Origin: Octopus sinensis
Lineage: Eukaryota
NCBI RefSeq assembly: GCF_006345805.1
Contig: NC_043003.1
Span: 32,798,001 to 32,862,000, forward strand
Direction of reading: 5' to 3'
Length of the DNA stretch: 64,000 nucleotides
Both the position numbers and the translations under genes were made by a program. The notes under the pieces are model-generated. The model saw only the letters and a program-made list of their open reading frames with translations, was not told the DNA's origin and searched no databases. Of the stretch, positions 51,521 through 64,000 are shown in pieces. The first letter of the stretch is position 1. Every line of letters begins with the position of its first letter.

Positions 51521-51911
51521 TCTTCAGCATTATAATGCTTATCATTTTCATCATCATCATCACCATTAACATCATCATCATCATCATCATTATCATCATC
51601 GCCATCCTCACTTCATCATCATTAACATCATCATAATCATCATCATCATCATCATCATCATCATTATTCTTCAACATTATAATGCTTATCATTTTCAACA
51701 TCATCATCATCATCATCATCATCATCGCCATCCTTTATCTTCATCATCATCGCCATCCTCACTTCATCATCATTAACATCATCATCTTCATCATCATCAT
51801 CATCAACATCATCATCATCATCATCATCATCATCGCCATCCTTTATCTTCATCATCATCGCCATCCTCACTTCATCATCATTAACATCATCATCTTCATC
51901 ATCATCATCAA

Positions 51912-51965
<54 letters not shown>

Positions 51966-51970
51966 TATCA
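51050..51970. repeat. (CAT)n-based compound minisatellite with higher-order units
   Basis: CGCCATCCTCACTTCATCATCATTAAC occurs 4 times. Confidence 0.9.
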
Positions 51971-52629
51971 TGACCATTACAAATACATAGCCAGTTATAA
52001 TACAAGCTCGCCCACTTTACCATCTTAATCCGTAAAATCACCATTACCAAACAAAACCTTTGCTTATCGCAACAATCAACGTCACTGCTTCTCTTGCCGA
52101 ACGCCATTGCAATATGCAGCATTGCCAATATACTTACACCAAGACCAGTACCTCGACCACCTTGACCCATTGATATAAAGACCACTATTACAGTCATCAA
52201 CACCAATAGTCACATCCACTCCCTAACGCCGCCACCGTTGTCAACACCCCCACTTCAGTACAACACCACTATCACCACCATCACAACCACTATCAGCACC
52301 ACCAGCCAATCCACCTCCTAACACCACCAACACAACCACCACCACCACCACAACCCTATTGCACTTTTGCGCATTATCAGTTTTCTTTTGTGTATTAAAA
52401 TTTTTTCATTTGTGTCAATTTTCTTTACTTCTTCCTTCCTACCGTTCTTTCTTTCTTTCCTTGTTTCCTTCTTTCTTTCTTTCTTTCTGTCTTCATTTCC
52501 TTATTTTTTTTCTTTTTCTTTCGTTAACGTTCACCGTTTCGCTCTCGTCTTGTTTCACCCTCATCACATTTTTAGCATAACGTGTGATTTATAAAATAAA
52601 AATGAAATGATCAAAACTTGGCAATCTAT

Positions 52630-52783
52630 ATACACATATATGTAAATGTATATGCATATGTATATATGAATATATATATATATATATATATAATATATAT
52701 AGATATATATATATATATAATATTATATATATATATATATATTTATATAATATATGTATATATATATATACATACATATACAT

Positions 52784-52827
<44 letters not shown>

Positions 52828-52945
52828 TTATGAAATATGTATACACATGTATACAATATACATATATATTCATATGTCCATAAACGAATTATATTTACAG
52901 GTATGTATGCATATATACATATATATATATCTGTATATATATATG

Positions 52946-52995
<50 letters not shown>

Positions 52996-53316
52996 CACAG
53001 TAATATATGATCAGTGGAAAAACTGAAAAGAAGACAATTAAAAGTTAAGACACAGGTAGTACAATAAAAACATCATCAAACAACTCCACGCCCGAAAAAT
53101 GATATAAATTGACAAAGAAAACAAACACCACATACAAATATACACACACTCACTCATATAGTTATTTCCACGCAAACACATGCACAATATACAGACATAC
53201 ATACATACATGGATGCAAACATACTTACATACACATACATAGGAATATATATATAAATTAATGTATATATATACTTATATACTTACATACTTATATACAT
53301 ATCTATATATAAATAA

Positions 53317-53349
<33 letters not shown>

Positions 53350-53493
53350 CATATGCATGTATATACATACAGATATGTGTATACACTTTTTCCTTACTAT
53401 ATACACAACTCACATATACATATAAACACAAAATAACTATAACATCATCGTATGTAATACAGAAACAAAAACAAAGCGAAAGAGCAAATCTCG

Positions 53494-53589
<96 letters not shown>

Positions 53590-53714
53590 GTATATATATG
53601 TATATATATGTATGTGTATATATACATGCATGTATATATATATTATATATATATTATATGCTTGTATATATGCATATATGTTTAATTTAATACATACTTA
53701 TTATATCTATATGT

Positions 53715-53748
<34 letters not shown>

Positions 53749-53790
53749 ATAGATATAATCTATATATACTACAATATATATATATATATA

Positions 53791-53843
<53 letters not shown>

Positions 53844-55116
53844 CATCATACAACAACACTCACACACACACACACACACACACATACATACATACGTACA
53901 TATATATGCGTGTGTGTGATACACAACAAAAACAACAGTCTTGAATACCGAAGGAAGACAAGAATAACAAAACATGAAACTACATAAAGAAAATATATAA
54001 AATGAAAATAAAGTAAAACAAAATATTTTTTTAATGTCTGAAAAAACAATTCTGTATATTTTTCTACATATTTCTTTTCTCTCTCTCTATGTCTTCGTTA
54101 TTTTCACTCTGAGTAAGTCTCTTTCTCTCTTTGTCTCTGTGTCAATCTGTCTTTCTGTCTTTCTCTCTCTATCTGCCATTTATATATATATTTTTTCTTT
54201 AAATACATTTTTTTCCTTACTCATAATTTTTCATAAAATCAGATGTGGCAACGTAAAAGAAAATAAGAAATATAAAAAAATAGATGTGAATAAAAAAAAT
54301 AATACAAATAAATAGAAATTAAATGGCAAAGAAATGAATTGGTGATACATAAATATGTCAAAAATAATAATAATGATAATACATACATACACACATATGT
54401 ACATACATATATATATATATATATACACACGCCCACACACACATATATGCATAATCACATATTCATACATAAAGACTATATAGTTATATATATACATACA
54501 TTATATATATATATACATAATATATATATATACATATATATGTATGTATGTATGCATGTATATATATATATATACACTCACACACACACACACATATATA
54601 TATATATGTATATATATATACATATATGTATATATGCACATACATGTATGTTTTATATGTATGTACGTATATGAATGTATGTAATTATACAAATACACAC
54701 GCAAAAATTTCAAATAAGAAAAGAATAAACAAAGAAAAAATAAAAAAATAAAGAAAAGAGGAAAAACGACAGACAGAAAACTGAAATGTAAAACAAAAAA
54801 CAAAAAAAAAAGAGAGTCAACTATGAGAATGAAAAAATGTTAGGATATAGGAAAAAAACAACAAAAAAAACGTTAAAATTAATAAAAAAATGCTTGAAGA
54901 ATAAAGAATAAAAAATTGGGGAGAATTTATATGAAGGAAAGGGATAATGTCATACTTGCGTGAAAGACGTTTGGAATTATGGCATTTTAAAAGAAAGAAA
55001 AAAATATGGGGTGGTGGCATTATAGGGGAAGGTAAAGAGGGATAGGAGGAGAAGGGGGAATAGAGGGGGGGGAGAGTGGTAGATAGATAAAAAGAGAGAG
55101 ATCGTGTGTGTATGAA

Positions 55117-55147
<31 letters not shown>

Positions 55148-55267
55148 CTGTGTATGAGAGAGAGGTGGGGTGTGTGTACAGGGATGTGTGTGTGTGTATG
55201 CGTGTGTTAATATGAGGTATAAGGAAGCAAATAAATAATGAAAAGTGTTGAGAGGTAGAATGCATAT

Positions 55268-55300
<33 letters not shown>

Positions 55301-55772
55301 CGAGTGAGTAGGAGAGATATATGGGTGTGTATACGTACAAACATACATACATACACACATATATTCATACACATATATGTATTCATATATATATATTCAT
55401 ATTCGTATACATGTAGATATATACATACATACACACACACACACATATATATATATACATGCATACATGTACATATATATACATATGTATATATATACAT
55501 ACATATATAATATCTACATATATATATATATAATATATACACATATATATATGCACATATGTGTGTGTATATACATACATGGAATGAGAAAGTAAGAGAG
55601 AGAGAGAGAGAGAGAGAGTAGGAGAGAAAGAGAGAGAAAGAAGGAGAGGGAGATGGGAATACAGGGAGCATTAGAGAGAAAGTAATGAGTTAATAGGATG
55701 TTTAACTGTAGAGGCAAAGAAATATTGAAAATGTCGTGGAGTAAGAACGGGTGTGAATTCGAGAGAAAGAGG

Positions 55773-55803
<31 letters not shown>

Positions 55804-56254
55804 AAGAACGAGGGAAAGGAAGTGAGAAAGAAAGAGAGAGATACAGAGAGAGAAAGAGAGAGAGAGAAACAGAGAGACAGAATAAGATGTGCAACGATAC
55901 AATTCTTGAGGAGAACGGGTGTAAAATAAAATAAGAAAGCTTTATATATACATGTATACACACACACACACACACACATACACACACACACATATATGCA
56001 TATATCTATGTGAACGTACGCATACGCACCCGTTGCGCACACACGCACATATGTATGTGTGCAGAGAAAATCGGAGGGTGGAGGAAAGAGAGAGCGGGAA
56101 AGACAATAAGAAATTAAGAGAAAGAAGAAAAGTGAATGTGTTAAGAAGCATAGAAAATAATTGAAAAATGGGCGAGAAAAATTGTAGAAAGTGAGCGGAG
56201 TGAGGAAATAAAGCTACTGACAGAGAGATGAGAGAGAAAAACAGAAAGAGCGAT

Positions 56255-56293
<39 letters not shown>

Positions 56294-56904
56294 CGAGAGC
56301 GAGAAAGAGAAGGAAAAGAGAGAGACTGACAGGCACAGATGATAGAGATGATGTCCAATTGGAGAGTTCCAGAAATGTTTACTTCGAGAGAAAGAATTAA
56401 TTTAAGAGAGAGAGAGTGAGAGAAAGAAAGAGAGAATGTTTAAAATTACGAGAGAGAGAGAGAGAGGGGGAAGATAGAGAGAGGGAGACAGATAAAGGGA
56501 GAGAGGAAGACAAAAGAGAGAGAGAGAGGGAGTGAATGAGAAATGGGAGAAGGTGAAAACAGAAGAGTTATTATTTTAGAGATAGGATGATACGTTAGAG
56601 TGTTAAGAAGACAAACTATGATAATGTGAAAGAGAGAGAGGGGGAGGGAGAAAGGGAGAGAAAGAGCAAGTAGCAAGAGAAGAGAGAGAGAGAGTGAGAG
56701 AGAGAAAATGAATTTCTAAATGTCTAAAATGTTAAAGAGAGAAGTATAAGAACAAATTAAAGAGCGTAAAGTATTAGAGAAAGTGAAAATGAGAGAGATG
56801 AGAGATGAGAGTGAGCAAGAGAAGGAAGGTGAGCAGAAATAAAGGAAAGCGACGTGAAGATAGAGGTATACAAGCAAAGAAAAGAGATGTGCAAATGAAA
56901 GAAT

Positions 56905-56970
<66 letters not shown>

Positions 56971-57040
56971 AGAAGAGAGAAAAAGGTGATGGGAGAACGT
57001 GATAAATGATTGCGCTGTACCCAAACACACACACACACAT
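52630..57040. repeat. ~4.4-kb mosaic of (TA)n, (CA)n and (GA)n simple repeats
   Basis: Directly visible. Confidence 0.9.
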
Positions 57041-57680
57041 TAACTAAATGGCTATCATCTTGATTGTTTTTTGTTCCACTACCGGAACTCCCTACTCAGT
57101 GAACTGTAACCGGCTGAGTATCTCATAAAGATTTATATCTGTAAAAGTTTAAGTCAGCATTTCTGTATGTGATACTAAAGATACCGTGTGACACCATGTT
57201 ACACCATGTGACACGGTGTCGCATGATGTGACTCTGAATTATAATCACAGTTAATCCGATGGTTTTCGTACGTTTCCCTCTTTATTTAATTTTATTCGCA
57301 TTACTTGAATGAAATTGAAGCTTTGCTGGCAGATGTTTTACGAAGGGTGCTGCGCTGAAGGATCGAACTTAAGATTCTACGAGTGTGAGAAATATATATG
57401 CTTGTACACATACGCATGCTCACTCGGACATACAAACTCATGTATAATCGCACTCACACGTGCATGCACTCGCAAACGAGGAAAATGTTGATTGAGTAAG
57501 GCAAGTGAGAGGAAATGATTAAGAGGGAAGAGGTTAAAACAGATAAGATAAAAAAAGAAATTAAATAAATAGAAAGGTAAACTTAGGAGATAGAGAGAGA
57601 GAGAGAGAGAAAGAAGGAGGGAGAGTGAGAGAAAGAAAGAGAGGGAAAGACAAATTCGAGAGGAGGAGAGACAGAGAAAG

Positions 57681-57730
<50 letters not shown>

Positions 57731-57892
57731 GGAGAGACCGAGCAATGTACATAAAAGCAGAGATTCAAAAAAGATAACATTCGCATCATCCTCTTAACAG
57801 ACGCACACGCATCCACCCGTATACTCTCTCTCTCACTCAGCTACTCACACACACGCACACACGTACACACACACGCGCACGCGCACACACCT

Positions 57893-59130
57893 ATGTGAAG
57901 GTGGATTCGTTGAACTGAAATTAATGCCTAACATTTCATTAACTAACATTGGTCGTTCAAAATTTTAACTTTTGCTCTATGTAAGATATATATTAACTCA
58001 ACATAGTCTCCATCGCCAGCAATACGTTTGCGCCATTGTCGAACGCAACTTCCGAATTCTGTGAGAATATTCTGGCGTGTAGTATTGTTCCCATTTCTTT
58101 GCAGCCCCTTTCATGTGGCCTGTGTCATCAAATCGTTGTTCTTGAAGACCGTTTTTCATTAAACCGAACGTGCGGAAGCCGAAGGGTGTCAGTCAGGTCT
58201 GTAGTTTGGAGGGGGAACCATTGATCAACTCAGCTGGCCGAGGACCTTAGTATTTACTCAAAATAAATGTGGTCATGCGTTTTCGTGCTGAATGGGGATT
58301 GTTTCAGAGTCTTGTCCCTCTTTCTCCTCCCTAATAGCTACTTTAAGCGTCTTTTAACATCTCGATATATCGCTCACCGTTCACAGTACAACTACGTTCC
58401 AGAAAATCAAGGGACATCATGCCCTTGCCATCTCTCAATACAGCTACTATGACTTTCTCTGCCGATCGCTTGTTTTTCTGCACCGATCGTTCATATGGAG
58501 AAGTTTGATGTCATTCCATGGATATGGGCCTTCCATTATGGATCCTAAAAATATACCCACTTTTCATCCCTAGTCATTAGATTATAAAGGAATCTGTCTT
58601 CATTAGCTTCAAATGTTTTCAGCAGATCAGAGCAAACTTTTACTCTTCAACTCCTCTACTCTTCTCTCCTTTAAATTGGGTATCAACTATCGATATACTC
58701 TTTGCACACACTTTCCTATACACAATATTCCACTATCCACGGTTACTAATTTTCATCACAGCATTAAGCGCACTGATTGTAACTCGTCTGTCTACGAGCA
58801 ACAGTTCGTCTAGCATGGGCAAATCATGTCAGTGGTCGCAGATGATGATCTACCACTGCGTGATCTGGAGTCAATGCTGGCTTCTTCCTTTCTTCTTTAA
58901 AGTTCCTCATCCATCTGTAAACATGGGTATATGAATATAGTGAAGGTGTGAAATATAGCTTGATGACGATTATGCAAACAAACGTTGGCTATGTCTCCGA
59001 GTTTTATGTAAAGGTTATAGCCTTCACTCAACAGATGAGTGTTTATTTTATATCCATAACTTACCAGTTTTCAGTGTGTAGAGAATAGCTTTCTAACTCA
59101 GACTTATAGCATCGTCTGTCTGCATCGTCG
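57893..59130 (-). pseudogene. Near full-length decayed mariner (DD34D) transposase element
   Basis: Manual minus-strand translation recovers, in order: HVYRWMRNFKE, LLLVDRRVTI, YRKVCAK, MTRDEKWVYF (first D), KRSAEKVIVAV..GKGMMSLDFLERSCTVNGERYIEML, QHENA*PH, PPPNYRPD, FGLMKNGLQEQRF, QWRKRIAGDGDYVE; many stops and frameshifts. Confidence 0.88.
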
Positions 59131-59132
59131 TC

Positions 59133-59159
<27 letters not shown>

Positions 59160-59163
<4 letters not shown>

Positions 59164-59278
59164 CGGGATCACCGTGATCGACCAGGCTATCAGATGTAGC
59201 TACACATCGCTGGTCACAATGCGCTTCGCATTGTTTTAGCCTTCTGATGCCACCCCACTGGCTAAGCGAGCAGACCAA
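59160..59278. mobile_element. ~120-bp element embedded in (TA)n, copy 2
   Basis: See 43921-44042. Confidence 0.8.
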
Positions 59279-59289
59279 TATATATATAT

Positions 59290-62153
59290 ATATAATATAT
59301 ATATATATACCTCCCGCTCCCTCCTCCGCGCCACCATCCGCTCCACCCGCCCCCTCCTTGACTCCCTCGACCATCAACTTCCCCAGGCCTACCTCCTTCT
59401 CTCCGCCCTCTGCCCTCCACTCTTCACCCAACCTATCCTCCGCTTCATTCTTAATCTCAACCACCAACTCTACAACCACCTCAACACACACAAAAAACAC
59501 AAAAAACTCCACCTCCTCCTCAACCCCTCACCCCTTCTCCCCATCCTCCCCACTGTTCCCCCCCCCCTCCTTCGCACCTACCCCACCCTTCCACGGACCC
59601 ACACACCCCCCGTGACCTTCCTACGCCTAACCCATCTTCACACCAACCACCCCTACCCTCCCCTTCACACCCCTGCACCCCCTCCGCCTGCCCCTAGTCC
59701 TCCCACCACCTCGCTTCCTCGCGCTGTTGTCACTATACCCCCACCTGAGCGCGCTTCGTGTGTGTGGGCTTGCTTCGGATGTGCGCGTGCGTATGTATGC
59801 ATACATACCCACACACTCGCATGCATCCCTACCCACATACATACACGCACACCTACTCACACACACACATACACACACATACCTGCACACACACACACAT
59901 ACATACATACACATACATACCTACTTCAGACATACACACACACAAGACATACACCCATACACTCACACTCACACGCATACACACACACACATACACACGC
60001 ACACATACACATACACCACACACACACCTACATACATACATTACACTTGTATACACACACACTTACATTCATACACACACACACCTACACAGCCATACCC
60101 TCACTCAGACACACACATCTACCTACACACACACACAAACCACACGGACGACACACACCATACATACATACATCTACACACACACAGCCTACACACATAC
60201 ATACACACATACATAAACACACACACATACACATATAACACACATACGCACACACAACACATATACTTATACACATGCACACACACACACATACATACAT
60301 ACACCCATATACATACACACACACATACCCACATACTCCTATACGCACATACATACACACAGACATACACACATACACACTCACACAAACATACACACAC
60401 ATACTTACACACACACTCACCTGCACGCGCACACACATGCATGACAAACACCCATACACTCACACTCACATACGCACACACAACCAACATAACACGCACA
60501 CGCACACGCACACACACCCTACACTCCCACACACATACACACGCACCTACATACACACACGCACGCATACACACGCATACACACATACATTACACACGTA
60601 CCACACACCTACATACACATGCATACACACACACACACAAACATGCACGGACACACCCAGACATACACACATACACCTATATACACACGCCCACACACCT
60701 ACTACACACACATATACACACGCCCACACACCTACATACCACACATACATACACACACATACACGGACACACCCATACACTTACATACATACATACACAT
60801 ACACACACGCCTACACACCTACATACACACACATGCATACACACACACACATGTACGCACATACACACACATATACGCACATACATATATACCCACACAC
60901 ATGCACACACACACACATACGCACATGCATGCATGCATGCACACGCGCACACCTACACGCATACACACACACACACGCACGTACACATACATACATATTC
61001 GCACGCATACATACACCCATACACATACATGCATCCTACACACACATACATACACACTCACACATACATACACACACACACACTCACTCACACACCTGTA
61101 TGTACGCGCACACACATGCACATACACACACTTCCCCACACCCACACGTACATACATACACACTCACACACATACACTCACACACACACACACGGACATA
61201 CATCTATGCACACACATACATACACACATACTCACATACATTCATCGGACACACTGCCACCCGGACATACACACAGACACACTCACACATCCACACACAC
61301 ATACTTACGCACATACTCGCAGGCGCGCGCACGCACGCGCTTGCGCCGGTTCGCGCACGCATACGCGCCGCAGGCACCTCGCTCTTGGACCGACAAGACC
61401 TCCCGCCCGTTCCTGGGACCGTCGCGTGTCGTTGGGTTTTCCCACGCCCGTCTCCGCGGACCACTCTTCCATCTTCCCCTCAGCTGGAGTCCTTTCTCCT
61501 TAACCCCCCCTTTTTCGTTACACACACGCGCACACATATACACACATTGCTTAAATATATACATTACTCTTACACACATTCAATCTACTCGCCATTTATA
61601 CCACCACGACACTGGACACACACACACACTACTACTCAACACACGCTGGCACGCTACATACGCCCCCACCCCTTCCCCTCCCTCCCTTCCTCCTTCCTTC
61701 TTTTTCTTACTACTGACCACTGACTCGCCCTACCTCACACGCCTACACACAGACGCACACACTAACACACACATATATATTTTTTTGTTTTTTCATCTCG
61801 CCTCACACACACACATACACACACGCACACGCACACACTCACACATACACACACACATCTGTTGCGTTACCAACCTTGTCTCCACTCTTTTGCCTTTAAA
61901 AACCCACTTTGCTCTGTTTCGTAAACATCCGCCTTTCACCATGTGCAACTCGTAAAACCAGTCGTCTTTTTTCTCTTTCCCTGTTGCCCGCTCTGGGATC
62001 TTTCTTTCCTCTCTCTTCCTTCTTTATGTTTCCGACGAAGAGCTCCGCTCGAAACGTCATACCTCCCTGCTTCCATTTCCTGAGCGCCTATTAATAATAA
62101 TACTGTAATTGTTCCATTGTTGTTGTTTTTTTGTTTCCCGTTTGGATTAAAAT

Positions 62154-62194
<41 letters not shown>

Positions 62195-62480
62195 TTGCAT
62201 ATATTACACGAACAAGCACATTAACTGCTACACACAAGCGTTTGCACACATACGCACACACACGCGCACACACACATGCACACGCCTGATAGCCACACAG
62301 AGACATACATAACTACACCGAACACACATGATTCTATACAACGCACGCATTGGTTTTACTTATGTATACACACACGCACAGACGCTCCCATACGCACACA
62401 CAAGTTCACATAATTTTAAGCTCCCCCACACATACATTCACACGCGCTCGCTCCCATTCATACATACACACTCATATACA
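59290..62480. repeat. C/A-rich degenerate (CA)n/(CATA)n low-complexity tract
   Basis: Directly visible; explains the His/Thr-rich 742-aa and 482-aa pseudo-ORFs. Confidence 0.9.
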
Positions 62481-62685
62481 CCGTTTTTAAATACACACAC
62501 GTGTTTGCGCACCCTAGTTCAGCCAGGCCAACGTTATTGTCTCTCCTTCGCTCAGGCTTTTTTCTTCCAGTCATTTCATGTTAAACCGTTACATTTTTCT
62601 CTCATTTTTTCTCTCTATTTTCTCATTCTCTCTACACATTTTTCTCTCTGTTTTCTCATTCTCTTTTTATTTTTTGCCTCTCATC

Positions 62686-62780
62686 CCTTTCTGTCGAAGG
62701 GTGTACACTTGAAGCGTCAAAGACTTTTCCATTCTTCCCGAGCGTCAAACTAATATACCTATCGCTGTTCCCTCACCTTG
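62686..62780 (+). mobile_element. Second Penelope-like terminal fragment
   Basis: CTTTCTGTCGAAG...AAAGACTTTTCCATTCTTCCCGA..AAACTAATA is shared with the reverse complement of 47160-47240. Confidence 0.55.
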
Positions 62781-63409
62781 GTGAGAAAGTGCTATTCTTT
62801 GTGAGGGCCAACATCGGGCCAGTAACAGCCCAAATCTTAAACTTTTTGATTACTTTTTATGGGGTAAACTTCAAGCAAAGACCAATGCTTCACCACATAC
62901 GAATGTCCACATACGAATGTCAACAGTTTGAAGACCTGCATCGTGAGTGCGACACGCAAAATCAAAAAGGTTGCGGCAGCTGCAAAAAAAAAAAAACTTC
63001 GTTCTCGTGTGGAAGTAATAATTGCCCAAAATGGGCGATAAATATTTTTGTTGTAATAAATATTACGTCAAAATTATATTTGTCTACTACCATTATTATA
63101 GTATTTATAACCAGTTTTATTCATCGTAAAAATCTGCAAGAACCTATATATATATATTCTTTTATTTCTTCCTGTCATTGAACTCCTGCCATGCTGGAGT
63201 TCTGTATTGAAAAGTTTATACCGATCATTTCAACCCCACCACTTTATCCAGTGAAAAGAAGAAAAGAAAATGGAGAGAAAGAAATTAACAATTACTTATT
63301 AATAAATTGGTCATCTTCATTTTTTACAGCCGTTTCAAATTTGCCAGTCAGGTTCGGGTGTAAATAAATTACCTAAGCGCACACATACATATATACATAC
63401 ATATATATA

Positions 63410-64000
63410 CGAGGTCTGATTAATAAGTATCCGGACTGTCACTATAGTAGCGAAGCTAATGCACGCAGAATGAAGCCACATGGCACCGATTGACCTTGAA
63501 CTTTGCTGTGCATGCGCACTAAGTTTGAACATTCTAGCTCACTTCCGATGTTTACAGTAGTGCTTGGAAGGAAAGCGTGCAGCAGGTGATCGTCGCATTG
63601 ACCATGAGAAAGAAAGTTGTCATGGAAGTAGCTGCTCAGAGGCTTACGCAAACTTGTAGAAAGTGTATGGAGAGGAATGTATGAGCTGCACGCAAGTGTA
63701 CGAGTGTTTCAGATGATCCCGAAAAATGCCGATATTAACGAACGTTCTGGGAGACCTGCAACCACCGGAACTGAGAAAAACATCACAGATTTGCGTGCAG
63801 CTCTGAGGAGAAATCGTAGAATCGCCATTCGTGAGTTACCAGGAGATGTGCACCTTTGTTACAGTTCAGTTCAGTCCATTATCACTTAAGATTTGGGTAC
63901 GAGGCGCGTGTCTGCCGAGTTTGGACCAAAACTGCTTTCAGCTAACCAAAAAGACACTCAGGTATCAGTTGCACAAGATCTCCTTGATTGTGCTGAGAAC
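63410..64000 (+). pseudogene. Mariner element 5' half (TIR plus decayed transposase N-terminus), runs off window end
   Basis: TA|CGAGGTCTGATTAATAAGTATCCGGACT TIR-like start; KVYGEECMS..QVYECF, ERSGRPATTGTEKNI...LRRNRRIAIREL...VQSIIT, RRVSAEFGPKLLS. Confidence 0.88.

Noticed and set aside
51165-52206. Poly-Met/Asp and poly-His ORFs
   Set aside because: Products of (CAT)n; no splice or homology support.
59727-61955. 742-aa and 482-aa His/Thr-rich ORFs
   Set aside because: The C/A-rich repeat strand simply lacks TAA/TAG/TGA; several frames are open at once and no domain is present.

Overview
AT-rich, microsatellite-dense animal genomic DNA, very likely Octopus. That assignment is an inference from the tRNA-derived SINE families and simple-repeat load; no database was searched. 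I recognise no host protein-coding gene, rRNA, true tRNA or CRISPR array. Almost all long ORFs in the track are simple-repeat artefacts. The real coding signal is transposon-derived: a young 5'-truncated CR1 LINE with an unbroken 445-aa RT/C-terminal frame (7736-9151), an ORF1-only L1/Tx1-like element inserted with a 14-bp TSD into a SINE head (1106-3097), RLE-type LINE 3' ends (R4/Dong-like in (TAA)n; HERO-like), RTE and Tx1 RT relics, and three Tc1/mariner relics. There are also four tRNA-SINE families (labelled A-D here), hAT and pogo/Tigger MITEs, Helitron-like ends and several foldback elements. Most interesting: the half-LINE (ORF1-only) insertion, a 556-bp non-coding element tied to (TAA)n next to an R4/Dong-like LINE, a near-perfect 124-bp inverted repeat enclosing a decayed Penelope-type hammerhead motif, further hammerhead-like motifs, and several microhomology-type local rearrangements.
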